Shown here piece by piece: positions 49,529 to 62,277 of a stretch of 64,000 bases of DNA. A program made the position numbers and the translations under genes. The notes below the pieces were generated by a model that saw only the letters and a list, made by a program, of their open reading frames with translations, searched no databases and had not been told where the DNA came from. Position 1 is the stretch's first letter. Each line of letters opens with the position of its first letter. Location: the NCBI GenBank assembly GCA_964106915.2, contig OZ066923.1. The stretch is one strand, 5' to 3'. Source of the stretch: Podarcis gaigeae (Eukaryota).

Positions 49529-49981
49529 CAGTGGTTTTCAACCAGTGTGCCGTGGCACCCTGGGGTGCCTTGAATGATGGTTAGGGGAGCCGCAGCAACA
49601 CTGGTCTCTGTCCCCCTTTCCTTCCCGCCCTCCTCTGATGCCCCCTCGCATCTCTGCCTCCCAAAGGCTTGCACAACTGTTTATTGCAGTAGCCCTGGCT
49701 GTAAGCTCCACAGGAAAATGGTGCCTCTGGGAGGCACCTCTCTTTGGGGCAGTTCACAGACCAGGGACTGTGGAAGCTGCTCAGAGGTCTCCCAAGGAGA
49801 GGGGAGAGGAGAGGAGATGGAGGGAACACTCCACAAGGGAGGGTATTCAAAAAAGGGTGAGAGACTGCCAGCCCTGCAAGCAAGGGGTGACATAACTGGG
49901 CTCCTGAGCCCCACAGGGGTGCCACTGCAAGCATGTAGTTGGTTAAGGGAACAGTGGACTCAAAAAGGTTGAAAACCTCCA
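49529..49981. mobile_element. hAT-like non-autonomous DNA transposon
   Basis: Termini CAGTGGTTTTCAACC ... GGTTGAAAACC. Imperfect flanking duplication cctcatag / cctcagaa. Confidence 0.65.
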
Positions 49982-51308
49982 CCTCAGAAGTTTCAGGCTC
50001 TCTTGTTTTGTGTATATAAATGTTTGTGGTCACAGTGAAAGATAGTTCATTGTGTATCTATCAAAATATATCCCTCCTAGCCTTCTAGTACAAATATTTG
50101 CAGCAAGAGTCAATATAGGCTGTCAAAGTTATAATCATAAAAACGCAAAAGAACTATAATTTTGAATCACTCCTCTAGCCTTCAGAACTACTCTGGCTGT
50201 CTGGTATCAAATCCCAAATCCTGTCAATTTTTCTTTGCTTCCCAACCCAAACTCCTGTTTCAGTATGCCAATAGTTCTGTGCTGACACAAATACGGGGGG
50301 GGGGGGGGATGTTGTTATACTTGAACTCATGCTATCCATTGGATGATATTTAACTACATGATTGATAAATGTTGAGATTTACAATTAAGAGTGGTTGCAG
50401 TTCTGTATTACTACTCTCTGTAGCTAAACACAGAACCTATTTCATTTAAGTACCAGGGCAGACATAACACGGTCATGGCACAACATTTACCATTCGATCA
50501 AAACCTGTGGCATAAACATTTTCCATGACAAATGCACAACAGTCTATAATTAACATTGTAATAACTCTAATTTAAGCATGAAACAAATATAAAGATTTAC
50601 TCCATTCAGATATGATTATGTGAGCAGAAGTTTGAAGGAAAAGTATTTGTCAAGAGACAGTCAAAGTTAAGAATAGCACTCTGGTCACAGCCATGTTTGA
50701 ACTGTTGACAAACGTGACTATTTTCAGAATAATAGAGCCTGAAGTACCACATAAGCCAGAGTAAAGTCAACCCTTAAGAATGCAATGTTGTCTCATTTCC
50801 TTTTTTAGAGCAGCATTTTGCTACAGAGGACACACACACAAAAAGACAAGGAGGCTTTTTACATGGGTACACATTGGCCTTAATGCAAAGATTACAACTT
50901 GGCTCAATGAGTTCCAATAAATAATATTATCATAAAAAATAGAACTATGATATTGACAATTATCATTTGTACTCTAAGAAAGCTTGAGCATTTTGTGGGT
51001 AGTAAGTCCTTGGCACTTGTCTATGCTCTTCAAGTAGCTTAGGGCTCTTAAAATCCATTTGCTAGTCCATCAGACCAACTCAAAGATGCATACGTCCAAT
51101 CATGTACATTTACATGTAAAGCAGATGAGAGATTGTAACCACTAAGGGAGACAAGCAAAATGCCAGGATTTAAAAGTTTAAACTTCTATCCAGTGGCATG
51201 CAATTTATAAAGCTAGACATTCAAAGTATGGGAGATATCGTAGATACTGTATAGCCGCCCAGAGTGGCTGGGGAAACCCAGCCAGATGGGCAGGGTAGAA
51301 ATAATGAA

Positions 51309-51329
51309 GTTGTTGTTGTTGTTGTTGTT
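51309..51329. repeat. (GTT)7 microsatellite, probably a retroposon tail
   Basis: Direct read; follows atagccgcccagagtggctggggaaacccagccagatgggcagggtagaaataat. Confidence 0.85.
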
Positions 51330-53224
51330 ATAGCTCAGAAGAAACAACTGAGTAAGCCATTCCCTATTAATTTCCCTATCAGTTTTTCAAGAAATGCAAC
51401 TGAGAGCACAGCCCAATTACCATATAAATACTATTTACAAATCCCATATTACAAACCATACATAAAATCTACAGAGACACTCCTGGAATAGGCTTCAAAA
51501 GTCTGTGCAACCACAGAATGTTCAATCTGAAGTAGTTCTGACCTACTATGACTCTGCATAGAATTAATACATGTCAGAATCCAAAGCTTATTTAACTATG
51601 CAAGGCAAAGCATTTCAGACTGTTGAATAAAGAAAACTAAGGATAGTTGATCCAGCTCAGAGCACTACAGAATCATGTTTACTCCCTACTGAACATTTAA
51701 TGGCCTTGAAGGATATACAAATAAGTCAAAGGCTGTCTACATACTACATAAATGGATGTGCATTACAAGTTTTGAGGCTTAGATATTCAGTAGAAGTGTA
51801 GCTTTTGGTGTAATGAATAAGAAAAATCATGCTGGAGAAGGAGAAAATGCCACTATCCTACACCACATCACTCAAAAGGCCAAAATACCAAAATTCTCTC
51901 TGGCAATTCAAAACTTTTTAATATTTGAAGTATACAAATAAGATTTCATAAATGAATAAGATCCACAATGCTAGCAAACCTATCCTGCAGTTTGCACTAA
52001 GTGTTAGGTAAAACATTTAACAATCATACCCTATCCACATTTACTGAGAAGTAAATTATACCAATTTCAACAAAAATTATTTCATGGTAAATACAAAGGA
52101 CTACCGTTTAAGAAATTAAACCACAGACTGAATATTAAACTCCAATAAAACAAGACATAAGGGTAATATGAAACACAAGTTTTCATCTATTATATGCTAC
52201 ACACATCCTGGGCAAGTAGAACTTTCAGAGTTTCTTACCCCTGCTATCTTGACAAACAGATACAGGCAAGATGTTGTTCTTTAACCCAGTTCAGGGAAAA
52301 CTGATCTTGGCATTCACCAAGTGGAAGAGATTACCAACCCATGCATAGATCCTTCAGGAGATAAAAGCCAAAACTCCACCTACAGCAAAACTGCATTGGA
52401 TGCCAAGCCGTTTTCCCCCTACAATATATTGGACAAGTTTAATCTCAATTTGCATACGGCATGCCTATTAAATATCACAGCTCCTTTAATAGGGCTACAC
52501 TTCAAACTGAAGGTGCTGTAAGCATGTACCCAACAATTCTTTATTATATTTGTTTACTTTAATTACACCACCACAGTAATTAAAAGTGACATTGTTGTAA
52601 AACTGGTTACTTAGTTGTACAATGTGGGCTTACTTAATTCAAAAGATGCTTCTGTTGTAAACCATGAGCTTAGCCAACCAAATATATAATATCCATATCT
52701 GAAAATTACTCAGTTGAAAATCTATGGACATCTTATTTTGCTCACCCAGCTCCAAGGACACAGGTAGAACCTGACGAACAGGATTGATTGAGGAAGAAAA
52801 GATATCTATATCTGTTGCATAATGTTCAAGTATATAGTAATACTTTAGAGCAGTCAAAGCAAAACAGCAAAGAGTAGTGTGGTGGGAATATGTCCTTACC
52901 TAAATACAGAGGTTTTTGCAGTGAAGTGAGTCTCCTTTCAGAGCTGTATTTAGAAACATAGACTGTAGTCTTTGTGAATTTTAAGATGGGCTGTTCTAAG
53001 GACAATACTTCTACATCCATTTTAGAGGGATGACCCATGCATGGCCATACTACCCACATGAGGTAGGATGAGTGAGATAGTGATGGATGTAGGATTGCCC
53101 TCTAACAACTACACCACATTCCCTAAATTTCAGGGAATGCCCAGCAGCATGATCCACTTCCTTTACTTACCTAGGGTAGAAAAATAAAGTGGTTTCTTCT
53201 AACTTTTCGTATTTGTACAATATA

Positions 53225-53483
53225 CCATATTTTTCGCTCTATAAGACGCACCAGACCACAAGACGCACATAGTTTTTGGAGGAGGAAAACAAGAAAAAAA
53301 ATATTCTGAATCTCAGAAGCCAGAAGAGCAAGAGGGATTGCTATGCAGTGAAAGCAGCAATCCCTCTTGCTGTTCTGGCTTCTGGAATAGCTGCGCAGCC
53401 TGCATTCGCTCCATAAGACGCACACACATTTCCCCTTACTTTTTAGGAGGGGAAAAGTGAGTCTTATAGAGCAAAAAATACGG
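53225..53483. mobile_element. Tc1/mariner-type MITE, TA TSD
   Basis: TA|CCATATTTTTCGCTCTATAAGAC ... GTCTTATAGAGCAAAAAATACGG|TA. Confidence 0.85.
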
Positions 53484-56400
53484 TAATTCCTTGCCAGTGG
53501 TTCAGCAATGGGGAGGGGGCAGAGGAGGAGAGACCAATATTTATTTGAGGCCTACTAGTTCTGACAGAGTTCTCTGCTGTTAGCAGCACCCCTTAACTAT
53601 CATTCTGACAACAATCCCATGACAGTGAAACAAGAGTAAGTCTTCCAATGCAAAAATGCTCAAAGACCATGCATACAATTGAACTATGTGTTTCCACCTA
53701 TTGTTTATGTAGGACTGTAGGCTGGCAAAAGCAAAATCATTTTATTTTAACTTAAACATTTATTAGATCTTTAATTTCAACTCTGAAACATCCAAGTTAC
53801 CTAAAAGGTAGACATGGCAGGCTGGGCACCTTCAGAAACAAAGTGCTCAATGCAGAGAAGGGGCTAGAACTCAGACCGAACAGCCTTGGATCCATAAACA
53901 TGCAACAAGTAATAGCTGATTTGCAATTTCTTAGTGGAATACTTTATGCCAACTGGCCAGTGTGGACTACTACTTTTTAAAGCGGGTGAGGATTTATTTC
54001 CAAAGGGAAATGTAAGCACCTCTTTAAAAATGTAGGCAACACACAGGCAGAAGTCCAGTGCACTGTACACATTGGTAAGCAAGCTTTTTAAATAGTGCTC
54101 GGCAAGCTCATTTCGAGTGCTTTATGCAACTAAAGTCAACAACCCTTTCACCTAAAATTTGTCCCAAAGAGTCTTCAATACTGCTGGCAAACTGTTCTAG
54201 ACACTCTTGTGTAATAGTACTCCCTTCCCCTGGCTATGCATACACAAGTTACTGCTTAACAATGCATGAGCAGAGCAAAGGGAGTGCAGGAGAGGCAGAA
54301 AGGGAAGATGTGAAGGTGAAAAAGCTGCCCAATCAAAAGCTGTGTCCAGCTCATACCAGCATGGCACAATGTGTGTGTGTATACAGGGGAGAGGGGGGTT
54401 CCTTCTTAACTTTGAAGCCACTTTTTATGGATTTTATCTCCCACTGCTCCCAATGGGACTGAAATAATACATTAGAGTCAGGCCTCACTTACTTTTCCTG
54501 TGCTCTGGGAGCTTGCTGGGAGACCTAGAGGGCTTTGTATCTAGCAGGCCCAAGGCCTCCCCTGATCCACTCCCTGCAATGTGGTGACTTGCCAGGGAAG
54601 ATCACTTTCATCCCTCTGCATAGGTGGACTGGGAGATCTACTGCTGGTGAAGGGTGAGTAATAATAAAAATAATAATTATACAGCCCTTGGGGTGCCTGC
54701 CCTCTATGTGAACAGGGATACAGGTATTAATAAGAACCCTTATATAATAATCCTTAGCAATATTTCACTTTCTCACTAAAAATACTTAACAATATTTATT
54801 CTCTTTTCACTTCCACACCTTTTCAGGTCAGCAGAATGTAGGTCATCTGATTGACTCAACAACTCTGTCATTTGAGTCAAACTGTTGACCAAGGAACACA
54901 TGATGAAATCTCTCAGCTGTAAGTCTTAAGAGTCTGAGCAGTGAATAAACATATGTAACACATATGGTGCAATCTTATAGTCTCTGAAAGATGCCAAAGG
55001 ATGTTTCTGGATCTCCCTCTCAAAGGGTGGTAAAAGAGGTCTGCCATTGGAAAAGGAGATCAGGCCATGCAAGCATCCTAGTTGCAGTAGGATCTGCAGC
55101 AGTGCTACTCTGGTATCAAATAGGGATGGAAAGAGATGTGTTAGCTAAACTGGATAAAGAAAAGGTGCTGTGCTTGTTAAGGAGCAGCCAAAGATGAGAG
55201 AATATATTCCTTCTAAGACAAATGAAAACCTGCCAGGAAGCAGGTGACTTCTAGTTCTCTTCACCCCTAGGAGAAACTGAGAACATAAGATTAAGATCAA
55301 AGGTGGTTTGTTACCTATCAGCCGCATTAGACTCTCTGAGTATTACATGGCAGGTAAGTGAAAACACGAGACACAAAAATAATTCACATGGCTTGTGAAT
55401 ACAGGAAGCTACCTTATACAGAGTCAGACTATTGACTCACCTAGCTCAGTACTGTTCACACTGACTGGCAGTGGCTCTTCTGTGCTCCAGCCTTTATGGT
55501 AAAAAAGTTCACAATATTGCTCATATATATATTTTGGTCCCGATTTAATTACTCATCATAAACCAATTTTTTGCTGTTCCATTAATCCTGTTAAAAATTT
55601 GGCTCTCATTGATATGCTGATATGATTTCCACTAAGAACAGAATAGTCACTTATTCTTATTAACAGAGTGGTTTGTAAACAACTTAGGATAGCTTTTTAT
55701 GTTTTTACACAAGTGACAACTTCCTATGCAATCAAACTTGTGTATTGCTACTGTGGAGCTGTGCATCGCATGACAGGGGAAATAATAAGTCTACTTACTC
55801 AAAAAGTGTGAGAAGGGGGGAGACATGAGTCACTCATACTTCCTGCCACTACTTTTGTGTTAAGATGTGAAGTTACCCTTTATGCAGTTTCTGTATAAAC
55901 AAGGAATATGTTTCTTGGTAACAAAGCTATAAATAATTAGATGCCCACTTTGGGAGAATCCTAAACCTATATGTGAATGTAAGGACTGTTGAAGTCAGGG
56001 CCTTTCTATGAGACACTAGGATTTAATTCAACAAACAACAGTGATGGATACAAACCACCAAAAAGGTTAACTGTTTGTGAAAAAAGCAACCAGAACAATG
56101 TTGCAAGTCACCGCAAGGACATTATTTAACTTCTGTTTTGTCAATCCTTTGAGTGACACTGTACTTTTCAGACACACTATGTTTCATATATGAGAATACA
56201 GAGGTTTTAAATATTTTTTATTTTGTTTTGGTGAAGTTGGTTGTACACTGCTCTGAGTTTCTGAAAAAGATTGTAGCCTTGGTTTCTGGTGTGCCAAACC
56301 GTCACTGATTCTTTTTGCCACTGCAGCCGAAAAGTTACTATTCTAGAATCCGCTCAAGATTCCATAACTAGGTAGATTAACTTCTCATTTATGATACACA

Positions 56401-57459
56401 TACTTATTCATTAAGTTCAATTACACTTACTCCAAGGAGTGCAGAGGGTTTGAACATTAGTTTTGCACATTCTCAGGAAAATATTGCAGTACCAATTTTA
56501 CAAAAGGCCAGGTGTGTTAAGATTTCTGAGTAAAGCAGTATTTCCAAATATAAAATACATGCAAACAGTTGTCATTTACAAATATTTCAAATATGTGTAA
56601 GCTGTACCTTCTGCCAACAGAAACAAGTACACAATTGTTGATACCAAGCCTTGTCCATAATAGCTACATTTTAAGCCTAGCACACTCTCCACCAGAGTAA
56701 AATAGTTCTCTGGTTGTACTTGTACTTTCTCACATCAGTATTTTATCAGTTTCATTTTCTTGTCCAAGTTTACTCCTAGTGTACAGTACAAAATACCCAG
56801 ACAACTGACATTCTCAATAGAAATGTTGAGATTCACAAGTAGCCCTCTGCATGTTTGTTGAAACGGAAGTCCTCAAAACTACTTAACACTTCATTTCCTC
56901 AAATTCTGCTAACAGCTGTGAAGTAGTTTACAAAAACAGGACCAGTGCTTTTCACCTCAAGTGTTGTCACCATTTGGGAAGCAGGAGCCATCTCCTAAAG
57001 TGATGATTAACAATTAAAACTACCCAAATGTGTGTGGAAAACCAAGAGCAGGTCCATGTTTACTCAGAAGTAAGTCAGGCTGCCCAAGGGGCAGTGTGTT
57101 AAGTGTGTTTAGGATGATAACCATGGTTACTTTGGGGGGGGGGTAGGAGAGCGGGAATGGAGTTGCTTGATTTTTAAGTTCTTTCTTTTCGTCTTAAACT
57201 TCCAGAGATATCAACTAAGAGGCCACAAAACCACACACCGTAATAAAATTCGTGAGCCCTTTAAAAAGGTGCCACAAAATTTCGCTGGTTTTGCGTCTTT
57301 AGGGCGGCAGAAAAGCCTTTTTTAAAAAATGCCACTGTTTGCTTGTTAATTAATAATTCCATTACTTCAGTATACCCAAAGACTCAAACTATACAGGTGT
57401 ATTAGCTACAGGATACAACACTGAAGGGAGTTGGTCATTTATTTAAAAAGTAAAACTCT

Positions 57460-58400
57460 TGGGCATTTCGCGAGAGGCCGAAAGGCGTTCGCAGCCACTT
57501 ATCACAACAGCTCCCGGGGTGGGAGAAGAGGCGATAAGTGACTTGCCCAAGGTCAGCAGCAGCGCCCAAGAGGAGGGGCTCAAGTGCAGGAAATCGAGGT
57601 CAACCGGCAGAGAGCGCCCCGCGAGCACCACCACCCCCGCGGCCCAAGGAGGCCCTGAGCGAGGAGGTCGGAGGTCGCACCCCCCACCCCGCGGCCTAAG
57701 CCGGCCGAGGCCCCGCCGCCCGCTCCTGAGGGGGCGCCCCAGCCCCAACCCAGAGCCCCCCAGCCCGGCTTACCGGACGCGCCTTCACTCCGCTGCCCAG
57801 CTGTGCCCGGCGCTGAGGGGGGTCGGAGGGAGGGAGTCCCCACGGTGCCGCCGGCGCCTCCGGGAATCCCGCCCCCTCCGCCTTCACTCGCCACCTCTTT
57901 CAGCTCTCCCGTCGCCTCCCCTTTGCCCCGGAGCGCGTCATCATCGCAAGAGGCTCGGCGAGCCAATGGGCGGCGGAGCGTCGTAATCGGAGTACGCGCA
58001 GGCGTCAGCCACGCCGGCAGGACGTGCTCGGGGGAGGAGGGGCGGGAGGCTCAGCCCAAGGGCACCCTGGGACGTGTAGTTTTCCCGGAGGCGGGCGGCT
58101 TGAGCGCGTGACCCTGCCGAAACCGAAGGCGCCGCCTCCGCATTGGTAGGAAAGTAGGTCGCGGGCTCTTAAAGCGTCCTTTCGCGCCAGGCGTTAGTTC
58201 TGGCTCGGCGGCCGCGGCGTAAAGTGCGTAATGGGTGAGCGCTGCTTACGGAAGGAGCGGAGTCGCGCGGGGCCGTTGCTCAGGCGGCGGTTGTTTTTCA
58301 ACGGCGCGCTCGCGCGGTTTGTTGATTTCAAAGTACGAGGAAGGCGGCGAGGTTCCAAAAGGAGGAGTGGGAAGGGCCTCAGGGCAGCGACAGATGAAGG
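57460..58400. promoter_or_regulatory. ADIPOR2: CpG-island promoter of ADIPOR2
   Basis: Abrupt GC/CpG-rich segment in an AT-rich background. CCAAT at 57963-57967, ATTGG at 58142-58146, GC box near 58039-58047, CRE half-sites CGTCA at 57936-57940 and 58003-58007, ZNF143-type motif at 58062-58080. Confidence 0.9.
57774..57930 (-). other. ADIPOR2: Probable non-coding exon 1 (5'UTR) of ADIPOR2; 5' boundary approximate
   Basis: Strong donor CCG|GTAAGC at 57774/57773 inside the CpG island, followed by G-runs. The TSS cannot be fixed from sequence alone. Confidence 0.7.
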
Positions 58401-61299
58401 GGAAAGTGGCAATACTGGTCCCTATTACTGTATAATATATCCTCCTTGATAAGAAAAGTGTGTATATCACTGTACAGTATGTATATAGCTTGAGGCCAGC
58501 AATGTACATGGTTGCCAAAGCTTGTGTTTAATTTTATTACTTTCTTTCCCAAGGAAATGTTGTTTAGAGCAGCAGGAGGAGACTCCTACTTTTTCCTTGC
58601 AGTCATGACAATGCTGGGGTTTAAAGAATATAAAACGCAAAGGTAGCCCTATTGGCGGCACCCTTCCAAATCAGCTGAGCGATGCTTTGTGGGGGAGTAG
58701 CCAAAATGTCACGAAAGTATCGCAACCTTCCGAGTCCTCCAGAACTTGTCATCAGGCACACACACTTCTCTGCTTTGTGTAATAACTTTGCCCAGTGAAG
58801 AGTTCTGGAGGACTCAAAAGTTTGCCACACCGTCGTCAATATTTTTTGTTTTGTCCCAGTAAGTAGTATTGCCCAACTGTGGATGTTGCAATGATGTGAG
58901 ATTAAGGTGCAAAACTGCACATGCTGTGAGCGACCTTGAGCGTGTCAAGAGTAGATATGTGTAATGTTGCACTAGAAGATTGTAATCCTTACCAGGCAGT
59001 AATTATGCTTTCAAACAGGCAGTCCCAAGACCAAATGAGACCAATTTCCACTGATTGCCACATCCAAATTTCAGCAACCTTGCTCTTCATCCACACACTA
59101 CATATGGGGAATTACTTCACAAAAATTTAAAATATCTATATTTAGTATTGATATTGCTTGCATAAGACCTCTTGTTTCAGTATTTCAAAGCTGCTGTGGT
59201 TTTTTTGGGTGACGGAATGTGTGCTTGTGCTGTTCAATATTATGGGAGCCTATTGCACATTTTAAATACAGTATTTTCACATGCCTCTACCAAATTACTG
59301 GAGGAATATAGCTATATCACTCTTGCCCAAAACCTCAGTACAGTATATTAAGAAAAGGGGAGGGGCGCGAAGTGATGGAAATTGATATCCCTCCCCCAAC
59401 CCCTCCCCAAAAGCATAAAACTCCATTTTGCCCATTGTAAAGCTTAATAATGAAGGACTGGTAATTCTGCTTCTGTTCACTTTCACTAATTTTGTTTGTT
59501 TGTTTTTAAAGGTGTGCACATGGGTTTAAATTATTGGGGGCTCTGCCCCCCCAATAATTTAAGAAAATTATTAGTTATATTATGCTTTGTAAAATCACAA
59601 AATTATGTTGGTATTTTTTATTTTCCTTGTTTGACGATAGTTACCTTTTAAAATACATTCAGTAATGAGTTAAAACAAAGCCACTCCCGATCTAGAGAGG
59701 GGGTGGGGTTGCGGGCTCTCGACCCATCAACAATCTCACGGGGCTGGCGTCAGCCCTGCGAGAAGCGGGGATTCCCCCTAGCTCATTAATATTCACTGCC
59801 CACGGCGGCAGCCAATCGGCTGCCGCAAAGGGCGGGCCCTCACAGGTTCACTTAAGGTCGGTGCAGCCTGGGGCTCGCCCCTTTCGTTCCCCCAGCAGCA
59901 GCGGTTTGGAGGTCTTGGGCCCCCCCAATATTTTTTATAAGTCGGTATGGGCCCCCGCCCCCCCAATATTTTTTATAAGTCGGCGCCCCTGTACAAAATA
60001 CATTCCCAGACTGGAAGAAGGCAGTGAAAGATGGAGAAGGAGTAGCTATGGGGGTGGGGTGGGGAAACCAACCCCATCAAGTTCAGTCCACTAATGTGGA
60101 TGGCAAACAGCAGAATACCAACAAATACCATGACTGAAAAAAGGAAATGCATTGAAGCTAACATGCAAATTATGCACACAAAACAATCAAATCTGAATGA
60201 CCTGTTTGCAATATAAAGACCCCATCTGGAAGTATCCTAAATCTCCCTACATTGAATGGTACTTCCTAATGAGACAACATGCTTAGAATTCTACAGCCGT
60301 TGTCCTCATTCCTGCCAAGCCATGCAAACCACAAAGATTTAGTAAACATGATTCATCATACCTCGTATAGTAACATAAAATTGGATTTAAATACTGTGCT
60401 CTTTAAAACAAAAATGGTTTATTGGCATTTCAGGAATGATTATGTCCTGTTTTTATAGAAAAACAACAACAGTGAGAGAGCAGTCTTGCCTTTGTGGCCT
60501 GATTGTGAGGTTCCAATGGCAAACTGGGACTTTGAGAGGCAGCTGATACATCTGACCTCCAGCAAAGGGACTCACTTAGGTACTTATTCAGAAACTGAAG
60601 ACTTGCCTTCATGTGTGTGTGATATTTATAGGATTTAAGTCTTGAATTTATATTGTAATGTATTGGATTAAATAATGTAATAGGCCACAGCTCAGCAGTC
60701 AGCAGTGAAGCATCTGCTTTGCATACAGAATCCAAGTAGGTCTGGAAAAGACCGCACTCTGAAACTCTAGAGAGCTGCTGCCATTTGCTGTAGACACTAC
60801 TGAGCTATGTATGCAAATGGTCTGACTCAGGTAGGGCAGCTCCCTATGTTAAAATAGATCGCCCCAAAAGCCTTTCTGGTCTGTTCTGACAGTTCCAAAG
60901 TAGATGACTCTTGGTAAGCCTACAAGCAAGAAATTAATGCACTAACCATCTCCCATGATCCCCAGCAGCTAGCACTGAGAGGCATACTGCACCAGATACT
61001 GGAGATATTACAGCATCATGGCTAGTGGCTAGTGGTTGCCCTTTCCTCTATTAATTTGTCTAATCCTCTTTTAAAGTCATCCAAATTAGTGGCTATCACT
61101 ATATCTTGCAGTAGTGAATTCTATAGTCCAACCATACATTGTGTTTAAGAGTAGTTCATTTTTCCTGTTCTGTATCTCTCAACATACAGTTTCACTGATG
61201 ACACTGTGTGGGGAATCAAATAACAAAATAAATCTATGATCACACATTTTTATAGCATTATCTTAAATATATAGGATATGTGTTTAAGTTTGAACAAAT

Positions 61300-61480
61300 A
61301 CGGTGTACACAGTTTATAGCACATTGAAAGTGCATTCTTTCCCTCAAAGAATTCTGGGCACTGTAGTTTACCCCTCAGAGCTACAATTCCCTGCAACCAT
61401 TAGCAAACTACAGTGCCCATAATTTTTTGAAGGACAGAATGTGCTTTGAATGTGCTTTAAAGGTATAAGGTGTACACTTA
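61300..61480. mobile_element. Palindromic MITE-like element
   Basis: Inverted arms gcacattc...aaagaattctgggcactgtagtttt / aaactacagtgcccataattttttgaagg...gaatgtgc. Confidence 0.6.
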
Positions 61481-62025
61481 AATTATAGTGTTAGTATTGT
61501 TGTATTGCAATAAAGCTGGAGCTTCTACATCAGCAGTTTGGCAAACCAATCTTCCACATGCTCAAGATCTTTCAGCGGAAGCAGAAAATGGCCAAACAAA
61601 ACAAACAAACCAAAATTGAATAAAAATGAGCCAGAATTGACTGGGTTGCTCAAGCAAGCCAAGCAGTCAATGGGACAGCAATGCAGCTGAGTGTCACAAA
61701 AGAATGTACCACATCATCTGTAACAGTCCAAGGGTTTGGGAGAGCAAACTTCACAGGTAGTGCAGCAATCCAGAGCAGATGTTTGTGATACCAAATTGAT
61801 TTGAGAAAGCCCTGAACATAGTTCTATCCAGTATACATCATTCTCACAGCCAGGGGATGATAATAATGGCAAATGGAAGATGATTTACTAGCAAATAATT
61901 CCCTCAGCACTTTTCCAGTTTGAGCCTAGGCTATTTACTCAGAGGTACCTACCCCTGAAGCCCTATTTGTGTATTTACTGCACTTGCCTGTAAAGAAACA
62001 TGCAAGGGAGAGCATTGGGAGAGTG

Positions 62026-62277
62026 AGCATGTTGCCAAGGCCCACCCCCTATGGTGGATCACCTTTATTCCATGTAGAGCCCTCCATGAGTTTGAGGGTG
62101 AAGATTTGCAGTGGGAACTCATGGAGATCTAGAACCTATTATTATATGGGTTCTAAACATTGTGGAAGCCTCAACAAGTGCAGGAGACTTCCCCACCGCA
62201 GACCTTCACTCTCACACGCATAGTGGGTTCCACATGGAATTACTTGCCAGAGGGCTCCAGCCTTGGCAGCATGCCCC
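62026..62277. mobile_element. Degenerate foldback/MITE-like element
   Basis: Inverted pairs gcatgttgccaaggc / gccttggcagcatgc and attccatgtagagccc...gtgaagatttgcagtggg / ccccaccgcagaccttcac...gggttccacatggaat. Confidence 0.55.

Noticed and set aside
45431-53175. Extra ADIPOR2 exons suggested by strong - strand donors (AG|GTAAGT at ~45437 and ~53170)
   Set aside because: I could not pair them with convincing acceptors or a conserved frame. Isolated donor matches are common.
57443-58518. Several 60-175 aa ORFs over the CpG island
   Set aside because: Pro/Arg/Gly-rich ORFs in many frames are expected from stop-codon depletion in GC-rich DNA. No recognisable domain.
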